A model generated the notes under the pieces. The model made no database searches and was not told the origin of the DNA. It worked only from the letters and a program-made list of their open reading frames with translations. The position numbers and the translations under genes are program-made. Source: Heteronotia binoei (Eukaryota). Taken from it: a DNA stretch of 64,000 nucleotides. The stretch's first letter is position 1, and every line of letters begins with the position of its first letter. This document shows positions 52,701-64,000 of this stretch, piece after piece. The stretch spans positions 2,108,001 through 2,172,000 of the forward strand of contig NC_083234.1 of assembly GCF_032191835.1 (NCBI RefSeq), read 5' to 3'.

Positions 52701-55700
52701 CTGAATTGTAACAAGAGGCTGAAAACTTTAAATAGGAATACTCCTGAGGAAGACTTTGACAAAATGGGCCCATATCCGGGTGCTCCCTGGATGAACTTTT
52801 CTTTGTAATATTGTAAGGCTGTACTTCTTTATAATGTGACAAAAGATTTGTATGGTTCTTGGAAAAAGTTTTACAAAATGCATTAGCCAGTATATCACAG
52901 TATTTGTATTTCCTGTAATATGAACTGTGAACCCAGGTTGTTGTTTTTCCTGTTTCTTCAATAGACAAGGCCCCACATTCTGAAAAACAAACTGCCCAGC
53001 CTTGCTCCCCCACTTGCTCCATTCAACTGGAGCCCTTCTGACGCTGCCTTATCATTGCACCAAAGAGCTCCTCCTTTCCCTTTCCCCCCCTTGCTTTTTC
53101 CTGTCTTCCAGGTCTTCCCTCTTCAGTACTCCATTCAAGCAACAAAGCAGTACAGGGATATTGTGAGGCCTCTCTAGAGATCTATGGTGTGGCCTCATTT
53201 GGAATCCTGTGTATAGTTCTGGTCTCTGTATCTCCAAAAGGACATTGCAGAGCTGGAAACAGTCCAGAGGAGGATGGCCAAGATAATGAGAGGGTGGGGG
53301 CACTTTCCCTAGGAGGAAAGGCTGCAGTCTAGGATTTTTCAGTTTAGGAAAAAGACAGCTAATGGGAGACATGATAGAGGTTTCTAAAATTATGCATGGG
53401 GTAGAGAGATGTTGACCAAGACAACTGTTTCTCCCTCTCCCCAAATACTAGAATTTGAGGGCATCCCATGAAACCGATGGGCAGGAGGTTCAGGAGAGAC
53501 AACAGGAAATACGACTTTATACAGAGAACGATTAAAATGCGGAATTCATTGCCAGAGAATGTAGCGACAGCCACAGGAATGAACAGCTTTAAAAGACAAT
53601 TAGATAGATTCATGGAGGATGAATCTATCAATGGCTACTAGCCCTGGGGACTGAGGGGAACCTCCACATTCAAAGGCACTACACTTCTGAATCTCTGAGC
53701 CAGAAGGCAACACCAGGAGAAGGCCTCAACCTCTCTGCCCTGTTGCCAGCCCTCCAGAGGAACTGATTGGCCACTGTGTGAGACAGGAGGCTGGACTAGA
53801 TGGACCCTCCCTGGTCTGACCCAGCAGGGCTCTTCTGATGTTCTTCCCAGGAGAAGGCCTCAACCTCTCTGCCCTGTTGCCGGCCCTCCAGAGGAACTGA
53901 TTGGCCACTGTGTGAGACAGGAGGCTGGACTAGATGGACCCTCCCTGGTCTGACCCAGCAGGGCTCTTCTGATGTTCTTCTCAGGGGAAGGCCTCGGCCT
54001 CTCTGCCCTGTTGCCAGCCCTCCAGAGGAACTGGCTGGCCCTTGTGTGAGACAGGAGGATGGACTAGATGGACCCTCCCTGGTCTGACCCAGCAGGGCTC
54101 TTCTGATGTTCTTCTCAGGGAAAGGCCTCAGCCTCTGCCCTGTTGTTGGTCCTCCAGAGGAACTCTCACTGTGAGAGAGACAGGAGGCTGGACTAGATGG
54201 ACCCTCCCTGGTCTGATCCAGCAGGGCTCTTCTGGTGTTCTTCTCAGGGGAAGGCCTCGGCCTCTCTGCCCTGTTGTTGACCCTCCAGAAGAACTGGCTG
54301 GCCACTGTGTGAGACAGGAGGCTGAACTAGATGGACCCTCCCTGGTCTGATCCAGCAGGGCTCTTCTGATGTTCTTCTCAGGGGAAGGCCTCAGCCTCTC
54401 TGCCCTGTTGCTGGACCTCCAGAGGAACTGGCTGGCCACTGTGTGAGAGAGGATGCTGGACTAGATGGACCCTCCCTGGTCTGACCCAGCAGGCTCTTCT
54501 GATGTTCTTATGCTCCATGTTTACCTGGGAGTCCAGCTTCTCCCCTGCATTCTCTTCTTGTCCCTCCCCTGCAGGAGTATCTGCAGCTGCTTCCTCCTGA
54601 GCTGGAGATGGCGTCGGTGCCTGCTGCTTGTCCTCCTCTTCCCTGGCAGTCGCAGCACCGTCCTTCTGGTCCTCCTTTCCGGGTTCTGCCGGGCTCTCCT
54701 CCTCCTCCTGGGCAGGCAGGGATGAAAGATCAGCACAGCAAAGCTTTTCCCATCAGGCAACAGAGTCTGTGCCAAAGCTGCCCACCCCCAGGCTTTTGCC
54801 AGTTCCCAACAAGTGTTTGACACAGCCCCCCTCCCTGCCATGCTGCATGGGAGCGCCTGCAATTCTCGGAGCAGGACCTGAGCTCCTCTCCACCCCCCAC
54901 CCCCCGCTCCACAGCCAGCAGCGTCACACTCACCTGAACAGTCTCCGTCTGGTTTGCAGGGGCTTCTGGCACAGCGCTGCCTCCCCCAAAGAGGCTGGAG
55001 ATGGTGTTCCCAAGCTCTGTCCAAATGAGAGACAAGACTCAGATGCACTGGGAGAGCCACACAACAGGCACCACACAGCCTCAGGGGCTCAGGGATCCAG
55101 CTGGTTGTCTGCCACTTTGATTGCCCTGAATGACAGCTCTCTCCGGGAGGCAAAGACTCCGACTCCCTTAAAACCTGAGCACTGCGTGGCTGCTGCCTCA
55201 AGGGAGGCGACACTCACTCACTGACATTCTTCTAACCAGACAGAAAGAAGCCTTTGCTGCATCTCTTCACTCTCATCTGGTGGCACCAGACATTGCTAAG
55301 CACCTCCCCTTCCTCTGCTAAGCACCTCCCCTTCCTCTGCTCTGCTTAGAAGAGCTCTTGCTCATACCAGCGTTGCACCCCCAACAGAACAGACTTTGAG
55401 GCCCAGGAGGACAGCAAACCAAATGGACTGGCACTTGCGGCCTCAGCTTGCTTAACTGAAAAGTTGTGGGGCAACAACAAAATGGGGAGGGGGGTCTTTC
55501 TTCCTTCCCAGCAACCAACTGCCAGGCTGAGCAGAGTGCTGCATTGCTGGCTCCGGAAGACGCAGGTGCATTTGCTCTTACTTGTGAGCGTGGACTCCTC
55601 CTCTGGTTTGTCCTCCATCACCGACTCAAACACCGATTCCACCTGGAGGCCACATACAAGCACTGAGATGAGACAGGAAAGCCCCACCCCAAAGACCTCG

Positions 55701-58700
55701 CTGCCCCAGGGCCAGAGGCTGCACTCACCCGGTCAAGGCTGAGCACGCCACTCTCGTCCATGTTGAAGTGGGCCTTGATGCCTTTGGACTCATAGTCCGC
55801 ATGCTTCCTGAAGCTCTCGCCCACGCCTCGCAGCCTCACTGTGGTGAGATTCAGGGACCCAAAAGACCTGCAAAGTCCAAAACAAGAGCCATAGCAGAAC
55901 TACCAAAATGGCCACATCTCCATGGAGGGGTGAGACAGCAGACAGCGGACCTGCAAGAACAGCCAGTCTTCACATGTGAGGACACGCAAAGTTCCCTAGA
56001 ATCCTAGAGTTGGAAGGGACCTCCAGAATCATCTAGTCCAACCCCCTGCACAAGGCAGGAAACTCACAAACACCTCCCCCGAAATTCACAGGATCCTCAT
56101 TGCTGTCAGATGGCCCTCTAGCCTCTGTTTAGAAACCTCCAAGGAAGGAGAGCCCACCACCTCCCCAGGAGGAAGCCTGCTCCACTGAGGAACCGCTCTA
56201 ACGGTCAGGAAGTTCTTCCTAATGTTGAGCCAGAAACTGGAAAGTACCAGTTACTTCTCACTGCCCTGAGTGCCCCACCAGCTTGGAGCCAGCAACCTGC
56301 CAGCCCTTGACATTCTTTTATTGGCTCCTTGGCTTCGCCACCCGCTTTCAGGGGAGGCCCTTCCTAGACACAGAAACGGCAAGCTCCATTGGCTGCAGCA
56401 GCCCCAAGAGGGGTGGGGGTAGAATCTGTCTGGACCCCAGAAGCACACTCACTGCAGGTCGCTCTCGCTCAGGAAGCCCATGTCTGCGTAGTTGACGTGG
56501 AACTCAAAGTCATCCGTGTAGCGGTTGAAGGTGATGACCTTGCGCTGAGGGTAGGGAGCCATGCGCTGGAACAGAATCCGCCGGTTGTGCTTCAGGCTCT
56601 TAGATTTATCCTCCTCTTCCACTTCCCGGGTGAACTCAACCTGCGAGGCAGAGGAGACACAATCAGAGGCCGTCCTCCTGCAAGCCCAACTGCCACAGGA
56701 GTCGCCTCCCTTCTGCCTCCCTTCCCCATCTAATGCCCCCCCACAGCTCACCTGGATGGGGAAAACAGCAGCATCCCGGATGAGGAACGGCTTCACTTTG
56801 AAGGCCTTGCTCAGTGCAGCTGCCTGGTAGACGGCCCCCATTGCAGCTGCTTCATCTGCGTTGATGTTCTTCCCCAGCTCTTCCCTGCGGTTGGCCACAG
56901 AGAGATTCGTCAGTTCCCCCCCGGATTCGGCCAGATTGGCAGGAATGGGGGGGAGGGGGGAAACAAGAAACTGGCCTGGCACTTACTTGCCAACGGCTTT
57001 TAGTAACATTTCTTGAACCTTCGGCACTCGAGTGGCACCGCCAACAAGGATCACCTGGTCAATTTCATTCTAGAAATGTGGAGAAAGACTTTTAGGAATT
57101 CCGGCTGCTTCCTCTTTTCCAACCTTGCAATAAAGGTTCTGCAGATCTAGGCAGTGTGAGCAGCTACCCCACCCCACCCGCCTTGCTGGGGGACACAGAA
57201 GCTCAACAGGGTCAGCCCTCGTTACTTGGACACCACCAAAGCAGTCCCGGGTGGCCCCAGAAGCAGGTTACGGCAAACCCCCTCTGCCCATCGCCTGCCT
57301 TGAAAACCCTCTAAGGCTGCCATAAGACTTTGCAGCCTTTTCCGCCACCACCACGGCACTCACCAGACTCATCGCAGCACTGTCCAGTGCCTGATGCACG
57401 GGGCCTGCAACCCGCTGGAACAAGTCGGAACACAGATCCTCAAACTCCTGCCGCGAAACCTTGGCCTTGAAGTCCACGTCATCCAGCAGGCCCTCGATCT
57501 GGGAAGGGGAGGCAGGAAAGGTCAGAGCTTTCTGCCAGATTGCTCCAAGAAGAGGGGAGGAAATGCTCTGGCACCGAGCTTTCTTATTCTTCTGACAAAA
57601 CACTAGCAATGCAAGGGAAGGCCAAATGCTGAGTGATGTGGTAGCTGGGACTGCAAAAGCCATCATGCTTGCAGCGACCAATGCAGTCAAAAGCAGCCAA
57701 GTGCTTTACTGTGCTGAGCAACTTGCTTCCCCCCCCCGGGCAGGGCAGCTACCTGGGCCGTGTGGTCAGCATTGGCACTCAGCACTGTCTTCAGGCGATT
57801 GGCTTCCTTCAGCAGCTTGGCCATGGCCCGCAGGTTCTGCCGCACATCCTTGGAAGGGTGCTGCTTGTTGAACTTCTCAGCCAGGAAGCTACGAAGGCGC
57901 AGCTCCATTTCCAGTCCTCCGAGGGTGCGATCAAATCTAGCAGAAGACAAGCAGGGCCTCCACTCAACTCCCACACGGGGTGACCACCTGAGCATGCGCT
58001 GCGTGAGTCCTGCCGCCACAGGCTGAGAGAGGGCTCCGCTTCACAAACCTGCCTCCCTCTGGACTCCCCAAGAGATCCCATTGCAAAGGAAGAGCTCCTA
58101 CCCAACCCCCAGGATCTGCAGCTGAGGCTGGGTCCCCGAGTCCTTCGTCTTCACTGTCTGATAGGTCACGATGGTGCACACGGTGCTGCCGGCCCCCATG
58201 TCATAAAACATGATGTTCTGGAAAAAAGGAACACAGGCTAAGAAAAGCAGGGAACAAGCAACCCAGATGTGCCACTCAGCTCCCAGTGCTGTCCACAGCA
58301 GGTCTGCACGGAGAGAGAATGGCCAGCTCTTTGCTGCTCTTATGATTCCAGTGGCTCAGAGGTGAGCTAAGCGGAGAGTCTTCCCTTCCTATACAAAAGC
58401 GGGCAGAGCTCCCAAACACCCCAACACACAGGAAGCTACTGACGGACTTCATCTGTGCACAGGCATTTCTCTGCAATGAGGAAACAAAGCGGCTCACATC
58501 TTTTTTTCTTGCTCTCTTTTTCAGCCCCATGACAAGCCTGTGAGGTAGGCTAGGCTGAGAGCCTGCATCTGGCTTTCTCCGTAGCAGAGCCAGATTCAGA
58601 CGTGGTCTCTCAGGCACGCTGCGCCATCCTGGCTCCATGGGCATCCCCCCCTTCCCTTTGCAGAGGTTCTCCAATCCTCCCCCTTCCCCCAGAAGACACC

Positions 58701-61700
58701 TGGGCCGTAGCGTTGATGTCCTTCCTCCGAAATACGCCATAGTTCAAAGCCACAGCTGTGTTGTCACTGATGAGCTGCAGAACCTTGAGATCCGCCATCT
58801 TTGCTGCGTGCAGGACGGCTCTCCTCTCCGCCTGGTTGAAGAAGGCGGGGACCGTGATCACAGCGTCCTTCAGGGGCTGCTCTGCAAGAAGAGCAGAAGT
58901 CACCTCATGCATCACGCTTGCTGGAAGGGACCCTCCAGGGTCATGCAGTCCGACCCCCTGAACAATGCAGGAAATTCATATCTCCCCAGTGACATCTGCT
59001 CCACGCCCAGAAGATGGCAAAACCAAAAGAACAGAAAACCCTCTTCAGGATTTCAGGCTAAACTGGACTAGAGGGAAATTGCTCTTGACCCCAAAGTGGC
59101 CATCAGCATCTCCCTGGGCATGTAAGAAGCGGCCACAAGAACTTCAGCACTGGTGCAGCCCTTCCTGCCCTCCTCCTCATGATATGCCTGAGTTCATGTG
59201 GTTACTGAATGCGTTTCACTTTCACTCCACTCCCTCCCTCACAAACTGAAGCCACACACAGTTCTTCCAAACCTGCAAACTCCTCTGCCAGGGAGCGAGA
59301 GTAGTTCAGGACCATGCCCAAGACCTCTTCTGGAGAATACTGGACTGTGCTGCAAGGAAGAACAAAGAGAGGGTCCAATGCAGCAACACCAACTCCCAAA
59401 AGCACCCTCTGCACCCCATCTAAGAGGGCTGTAAGGAACCCAACATCTTCACAATCCGAGCCTGTGCAGGAGCTACACGGAACCCTCCAGGAAGCCCTTT
59501 GGGAATAACAAAGAAACCGCAGCTCAGCAGCAGCTGTCTGGGGACAGAGGCCGCCTGACCTGTGTGCTCATTCAAAGCTGCCTGGAGGATGGAAGTGGAG
59601 CCCCCTTCTCCACTGGGCCCCACCCTCTGCTGAGCAGGGCACTTGTTTTATTTTATTTATTAATTTACTTTGAAATTGTATCCCACCCTCTCCGCAAGCA
59701 GCCTCAGGGCGGCTAACAGCAGCTAAAAATTACATTAACTAACAGAGATTACATCAAGATTGCTAACAGTGCAAAACTAAAACCATAATACATCACTATG
59801 ATACTAATCACAACTTCCGTTCACAACTTCTTCAGTAGGCTGATTTAATTTCAGTTCATGCCTTAGTTGATCTATCCATTGGTAGTCCCTGAGACATTAT
59901 CTCATTGACACTTGACAGGCCAGCAAGGTTTTGCCCCAAATCTGTGGTACAGGAACCCCCCTCCCCCAACAAGTGATGCTCACTTACAACAGTCCACTTC
60001 CTTCCGGGTCTGTAAGTCAGCTTGGAGGGGGGGAGGGATCATAGTGTGGAGCAGAGTCTCTGGCAGGAGGAGGAGGTACTTTCCTGCTCTTCATTGTGAT
60101 AGAACCAAACACACCTCCCAGACCTTCAAGAGCTAAGGCTGACCACAACTGCTGACTCACCAAGCTCCCGCAGAGGCACCCTGAGTGCCACACTGCAAAG
60201 ATGCCCCACTTCCCCCACCAGCCCCAACCCCCAAGCCCCACACTCACTCCGACAGCCTGAAGGCGACCGTTTGTCTCCGGGCATCCTTCACCAACTCATG
60301 CTCTGGAAACCGTGACTGGTACAGCGCCACCTGGGGGTTCCCTATGTGCTTGCCCAAAAGGTCCTGGAAATATCGGAAGGCCACCTTGGGGGTCCTGATG
60401 GACTGTGGGGGAGAGGGGGGAACATGATAATATGAGCGTCCAGGCCTCAAGAAGCAGCAGTAGTTACCAAATCATTGTCACTTATGCATGCAAAGGTAGC
60501 ACTTCTTAACAGCTATTACGTTCACATGCAGCTTACAATAAAGTTGTGAAACCAAGGCTACAAATGCTCAACAATTAACTCATTTTAAACGGTAAATATA
60601 CCAAGCAAAGGAACATTTGAAGACAAACAATGCTCAAAGTCAAACACCGTGCGTTTTCATTTCATTTCCCGCAATATCAAGCATATAAAAGACTTCCTGA
60701 TGTGTGAATTCTGAAAATCAGCTGCCAGAAAATGCAAGCATTTTTCTATGTTAAAAGATTTAAATGCACTGGAATAAAATGGAGGGTGGGAAATCTTTTT
60801 CATTATCCTCACTCACAAAAAAGGACCTCCCCCCCAATTTTTACAAAAGAGACCACCGGAAGAAAAAAAACCACAAGAAACATTTTCTTTTTTAGAATGA
60901 GCAAACTTATTTTGAAAGTAAGGTTGTTCTTCACTCAAAATCTGTACCATGAAAAAACCTGGGGATGTTTTCAATTTTCCATGGGAAAAATTAGGAAATT
61001 TGGGGGGCCTCCTATGATGGAAGGATACTTTTGAAATGAACAAAGTGCAGGCTTTTACACAAAATGTCGAGTATGATCATTTCTATGTTATAGTCATAAC
61101 ATAACATTTCCAATGTTATAAAGATTAATTTAATACCTAAATATGCAAGCACTCCTACTTCTTGCAACACTACAAAAGAATCTTTGCCCAAATAATACGC
61201 TTTCTCTATTATATTTTGCAATTTCAAGCTTTATTTTTTCTACTTCCGACATACCAAAAATCAAAGCCTGCGTCTTATAGCAGCATAAAGCATGTAAAAT
61301 ATGTGGTATCACAAAAATTAGATATGAGGCAAAGGGGAGGGGAAAGAGATTCTGCATCTGGGATTATTTGAGCACTAACCTGAGAAATGCAAGTGGAAAA
61401 GAACCCTCAGACTCACCATTCCTAGGGCGCTGTCACCAAAGAGGCGCTCGTTCTCCTTCAGAGCTACTGCCACTGGTGTTTTCCGCCGAGATTCCCTAGA
61501 GCAAGAAGAAACATTAAAGAGAATTCTTTCTTTGTTTACTAGCAACTGTTTTTTCAGTGCTGGGCTTCAACTCTAGAACTTGTAGCACTTCACAAGAAGA
61601 GCCTCCAAGCACCTGCTGCCATTGTCAGGTGGACAGGTAGAGAATGAACACACACTAGGACCCAGGTCCTCTTCTCTGCTTACAGATCAGCCACTGTGTG

Positions 61701-62817
61701 GCTGAGATTATGACTTCCTTGTGCTCTGAATTAAGGCACTGGGAGTCCTGGGCATCTGAGGCTCATTTCCATCCATTCATTAACATAAGAACATAAGAGA
61801 AGCCCTGTTGGATCAGGCCAATGGCCCCTTCAGTCCAACACTCTGTGTCACAGAAGAACAGAAGAGAAGCCCTGTTGGATCAGGCCAGTGGCCCCTCCAG
61901 TCCAACACTCTGTGTCACATAAGAGGAGCCATGTTGGATCATGCCAATGGCCCATCCAGTCCAACACTCTGGGTCACATAAGAACATAAGAGAAGCCATG
62001 TTGGATCAGGCCAGTGGTCCATCCAGTCCAACACTCTGTGTCACATAAGAACATCAGAGAAGCCCTGTTGGATCAGGCCAATGGCCCATCCAGTCCAACA
62101 CTCTGGGTCACATAATAACATAAGAGGAGCCATGTTGGATCAGGCCAATGGCCCATCCAGTCCAACACTCTGTGTCACATAAGAACATAAGAGAAACCAC
62201 GTTGGATCAGGCCAATGGCCCATGCAGTGTAACACTCTGTGTCACACAGTGGCCAAAAAAGTCATATATATATACACACACACATACATACACGCTGTGG
62301 CTAATAGGCACTGATGGACCTCTGCTCCTTTTTTTATCTAACCCCCTCTTGAAGCTGTCTATGCTTGTAGCCGCCGCCACCTCCTGTGGCAGTGAATTCC
62401 ATTTATTTGTCTTTACCACTTACTTGTTTAAAACAATTTCCATGGGAACGCCAGGCTTGACAATGGCTATCTTCATGGACTCACTGCCCAAGTCCACGGA
62501 CATCACAGCCAGCGAATCTGCCACACACACGGAAAGGAGAGGGTCAAATCCAGGGGTGCCTCTCCCGCATCCCGTCCTCCTGTGCCTGGACAGGCTGCTT
62601 CTTCCCAGGCGGGCTGTGCCGTCCAGGGGCCAGTGCCTCCCCCGGGGCCCAGCCCACCACCCGCAGCTCTGCCCGGGGCGGAAGGAAGGGCCTCTCCCGG
62701 CCTGGGCGGGAGCTGCTCCCGGGGGCGGCCCCGCCGGGGCTCCCACCTACCCGAGCGGCGGGCCATGCGGGCCAGCAGGAGCAGCAGCAGCAGGGCGGCC
62801 GAGGGCCAGCGGGCCAT
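45084..62817 (-). CDS. HYOU1: Hypoxia up-regulated protein 1 (GRP170/ORP150), 995 aa
   Basis: 24 coding exons: 62817-62751, 62517-62424, 61495-61417, 60402-60248, 59349-59273, 58881-58700, 58217-58102, 57936-57753, 57498-57364, 57069-56987, 56884-56752, 56640-56453, 55867-55729, 55642-55582, 55016-54934, 54707-54525, 52108-51897, 51767-51680, 51179-51057, 50668-50535, 46567-46483, 46244-45998, 45781-45701, 45142-45084; total 2988 nt, phase-consistent. Signal peptide, [32 protein letters not shown]; ends RKNEL*. Confidence 0.96.
47405..47590 (+). mobile_element. CR1 3'-end fragments in a HYOU1 intron (antisense to their own sense strand)
   Basis: catagaaccatagagttggaagggacctcc...aggaaggtcttcctgatgttgagccggaaactc match the reverse complement of the CR1 3' UTR. 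Confidence 0.55.
48471..48846 (+). mobile_element. tRNA-derived SINE with two tandem 3' units
   Basis: tttggtgtagtggttaag A box, gggtttgattcccc B box; about 102-bp unit duplicated (starts near 48638 and 48741). Confidence 0.85.
49190..49724 (+). mobile_element. Probable Rex1/Babar-like LINE 3' end with an AT-rich repeat UTR and (ATCT)17 tail
   Basis: [24 protein letters not shown]-like translation at about 49285-49360; (AATGGTTT)n block 49390-49570; AATAAA then ATCT repeats 49657-49724. Confidence 0.5.
49657..49724 (+). repeat. (ATCT)17 microsatellite
   Basis: Direct count. Confidence 0.95.
49880..50066. other. Assembly gap (187 N)
   Basis: Run of N; the flanking HYOU1 exons remain phase-compatible. 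Confidence 0.99.
52468..52627. repeat. Imperfect palindrome / foldback element in a HYOU1 intron
   Basis: cttctctaaccagatgcaaaagc...ttgctggcaaaatgctctct pairs with agagaacaatttgccagcaa...gcttttgcatctggttagagaag. Confidence 0.75.
53120..54512 (+). mobile_element. Older CR1 3' fragment ending in a six-unit tandem array
   Basis: RT C-terminal remnant ([14 protein letters not shown]..., [16 protein letters not shown]) followed by the array and a gttcttatg terminus. Confidence 0.85.
53715..54512 (+). repeat. Tandem array, 6 x about 134 bp, derived from a CR1 3' UTR
   Basis: aggcctc anchor at 53721, 53855, 53989, 54123, 54252, 54386. Confidence 0.92.
55995..56240 (-). mobile_element. CR1 3'-end fragment
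   Basis: Reverse complement of the 4330-4580 CR1 3' UTR sequence. Confidence 0.7.
58905..59195 (-). mobile_element. CR1 3'-end fragment (degenerate)
   Basis: gctggaagggaccctccagggtcatgcagtccgaccccctg...ggtgcagcccttcctgccctcctc is similar to 33060-33320. Confidence 0.55.
61781..62400 (-). mobile_element. Short CR1 3' end with seven tandem copies of its terminal 59-67 bp
   Basis: Unit (ataagaac)ataagagaagccatgttggatcaggccaatggcccatccagtccaacactctgtgtcac x7 (61781-62250), then a single CR1 3' UTR ending at gtggcagtgaattcc. Confidence 0.92.
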
Positions 62818-63018
62818 CCCGGCAGAGGCGGCGTCCTGCGGGCGAAGGGGGAGCGGAGCGGAGCTGAGCGCCGGCCGGGAGACTCCCTCCTTTTCTCCAG
62901 GGCGGGAGGCGGGGGTCTCTCCGGGAGCCTCGGAGCGCGGGAAGGCGGGCAGGGGCGGCCGGCCGGCGTCTCTCTCGCTCTCTCGCTTCTTCCGCGGCGG
63001 AGCCTCCTCCAGCGAGCA

Positions 63019-63071
63019 CGCGGCGGCGCCTGATTGGCCGGCCGGCCGCACTCGCTCGCCATTGGGCCACG
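63019..63071. promoter_or_regulatory. ER-stress elements in the HYOU1/VPS11 bidirectional promoter
   Basis: Perfect ERSE-II ATTGG-G-CCACG at 63061-63071; ERSE-like CCAAT-N9-CCGCG (one mismatch) on the minus strand at 63037-63019. Confidence 0.75.
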
Positions 63072-63232
63072 TCGAGGCTCCGGCCGGCCCCGAGCGGGGG
63101 AAGGGGGCGGGGCGCCGCTGGGCGCGCTGCCAGCTCCTGAGCATGCGCAGTCGCCTGCTCCGGGCCGCCACACTACAACTACCGTCACCCCGCGCGCCTA
63201 CGTCACATGACTACTCCCCGGGGCCCGGCAAG

Positions 63233-63761
63233 ATGGCTGCCTACCTGCAGTGGCGGCGCTTCGCCTTCTTCGACCGGGAGACGGTGAAGGAGCGCGCGGG
63301 GCTCGATGGCGGCGGCAGCAACAGCCTCCTGCTCCTGCCGCCGGGCATCGCGGTCTGCGACTCGGGCCGGGGCAGCCTCGTCTTTGGGGATATCCTTGGG
63401 GCGGCGCCGGTGCCGCTTGGGCGGAGGGGCTCCAGGAAGGCCGCGCCCAGGGCTGGGGAAGGAGGCTCGCGGGCAGCAGCCTCCCTGGGGGCCGCCGGTG
63501 CAGGGCTGATGGGGCAGGGGAGGGGAAGCAGGCTGCTTGGGGGAGGAGGGGTGGGAGGCCTGCTTCTTGACTGCTGCTCTTCAATCCGGAGAGGGCCTTA
63601 ACTGAAGCCTACATATGGAAGGCCAGATATGGTTCCTGCCGCGGTCCCTGGAACTCAGCAGCTTTCAGGCTTATAAGCTGAGAGTGACTCACCTCTATCA
63701 GTTGAAGCAGCACAGCATCTTGGTTTCCGTTGGGGAAGACGAAGAAGGTATTAATCCTTTG
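63233..63761 (+). CDS. VPS11: Vacuolar protein sorting 11 homolog, exons 1-2 (partial, continues beyond the window)
   Basis: Exons 63233-63389 and 63613-63761: MAAYLQWRRFAFFD...CDSGRGSLVFG|DMEGQIWFLPRSL...VGEDEEGINPL. Confidence 0.95.
63390..63612 (+). other. U12-type (minor spliceosome) AT-AC intron
   Basis: 5' ss ATATCCTT; branch point CCTTAAC at 63596-63602; 3' end AC; splicing restores the FGDMEG reading frame. Confidence 0.93.
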
Positions 63762-64000
63762 GTAAGTTGAGGAGGGTAGAGGGTCTGCAGGTTCTTCCTG
63801 CCAGACTAGCTATTGCAGGGGAAGGCAGGAGTGTGGCTGCAAACAACAGCAGCAGCATGCTGGTGTGGCTGGATCTGGATGCAGGAGACCCAAGTTCCAG
63901 CCCACTTCTGTCATTGAACTGGTGGGATATCCTTGAGTCAGTTGTACGTGCTCAGTTTAACGTACCTCAGAGACTGTTCTAGGGGTAAAAGGCAGATGCC

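Noticed and set aside
60690-61300. AT-rich intronic block that might be a DNA transposon
   Set aside because: Could not identify TIRs, TSD or coding remnants
61781-62250. CRISPR-like appearance of this array and of 53715-54512
   Set aside because: No unique spacers, units match CR1 3' ends, eukaryotic intron context, no cas genes
62503-63601. Long overlapping ORFs (222, 214, 339 aa) across the HYOU1/VPS11 CpG island; likewise those at 28039-28932, 35676-36631 and 42315-43882
   Set aside because: They contain real exon fragments joined to intron or promoter sequence, or are GC-rich antisense shadows; explained by the spliced models

Overview
Vertebrate (squamate, most likely gecko, inferred from the repeat families) genomic DNA syntenic with human 11q23.3. 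Gene order: FOXR1(+), about 22 kb of nested retroelements, CENATAC/CCDC84(+), RPS25(-), TRAPPC4(+), SLC37A4(-), HYOU1(-), first two exons of VPS11(+). I built exon models by hand from splice sites and reading phase; all close to full-length proteins. The FOXR1-CENATAC interval contains: several near-identical young CR1 LINEs; Penelope-like remnants; hAT MITEs; a complete but defective sushi-type chromoviral Gypsy element (12354-18482) with a Tf1-type self-priming PBS and a PEG10-type GGGAAAC/pseudoknot -1 frameshift cassette; and an apparently full-length L1-clade LINE (20695-26081) inserted with a 15-16 bp TSD into an otherwise open 948-codon CR1 ORF2. Other notable points: four non-LTR insertions with tandemly reiterated 3' ends, the 66-nt vG6PT cassette exon of SLC37A4, a KNEL C-terminus on HYOU1, a HYOU1 poly(A) signal overlapping a CCAAT box upstream of SLC37A4, and a U12 AT-AC intron in VPS11. 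There are no prokaryotic features or CRISPR arrays. Family assignments and comparisons with human proteins are from recalled knowledge, not database searches; percent identities are by-eye estimates.
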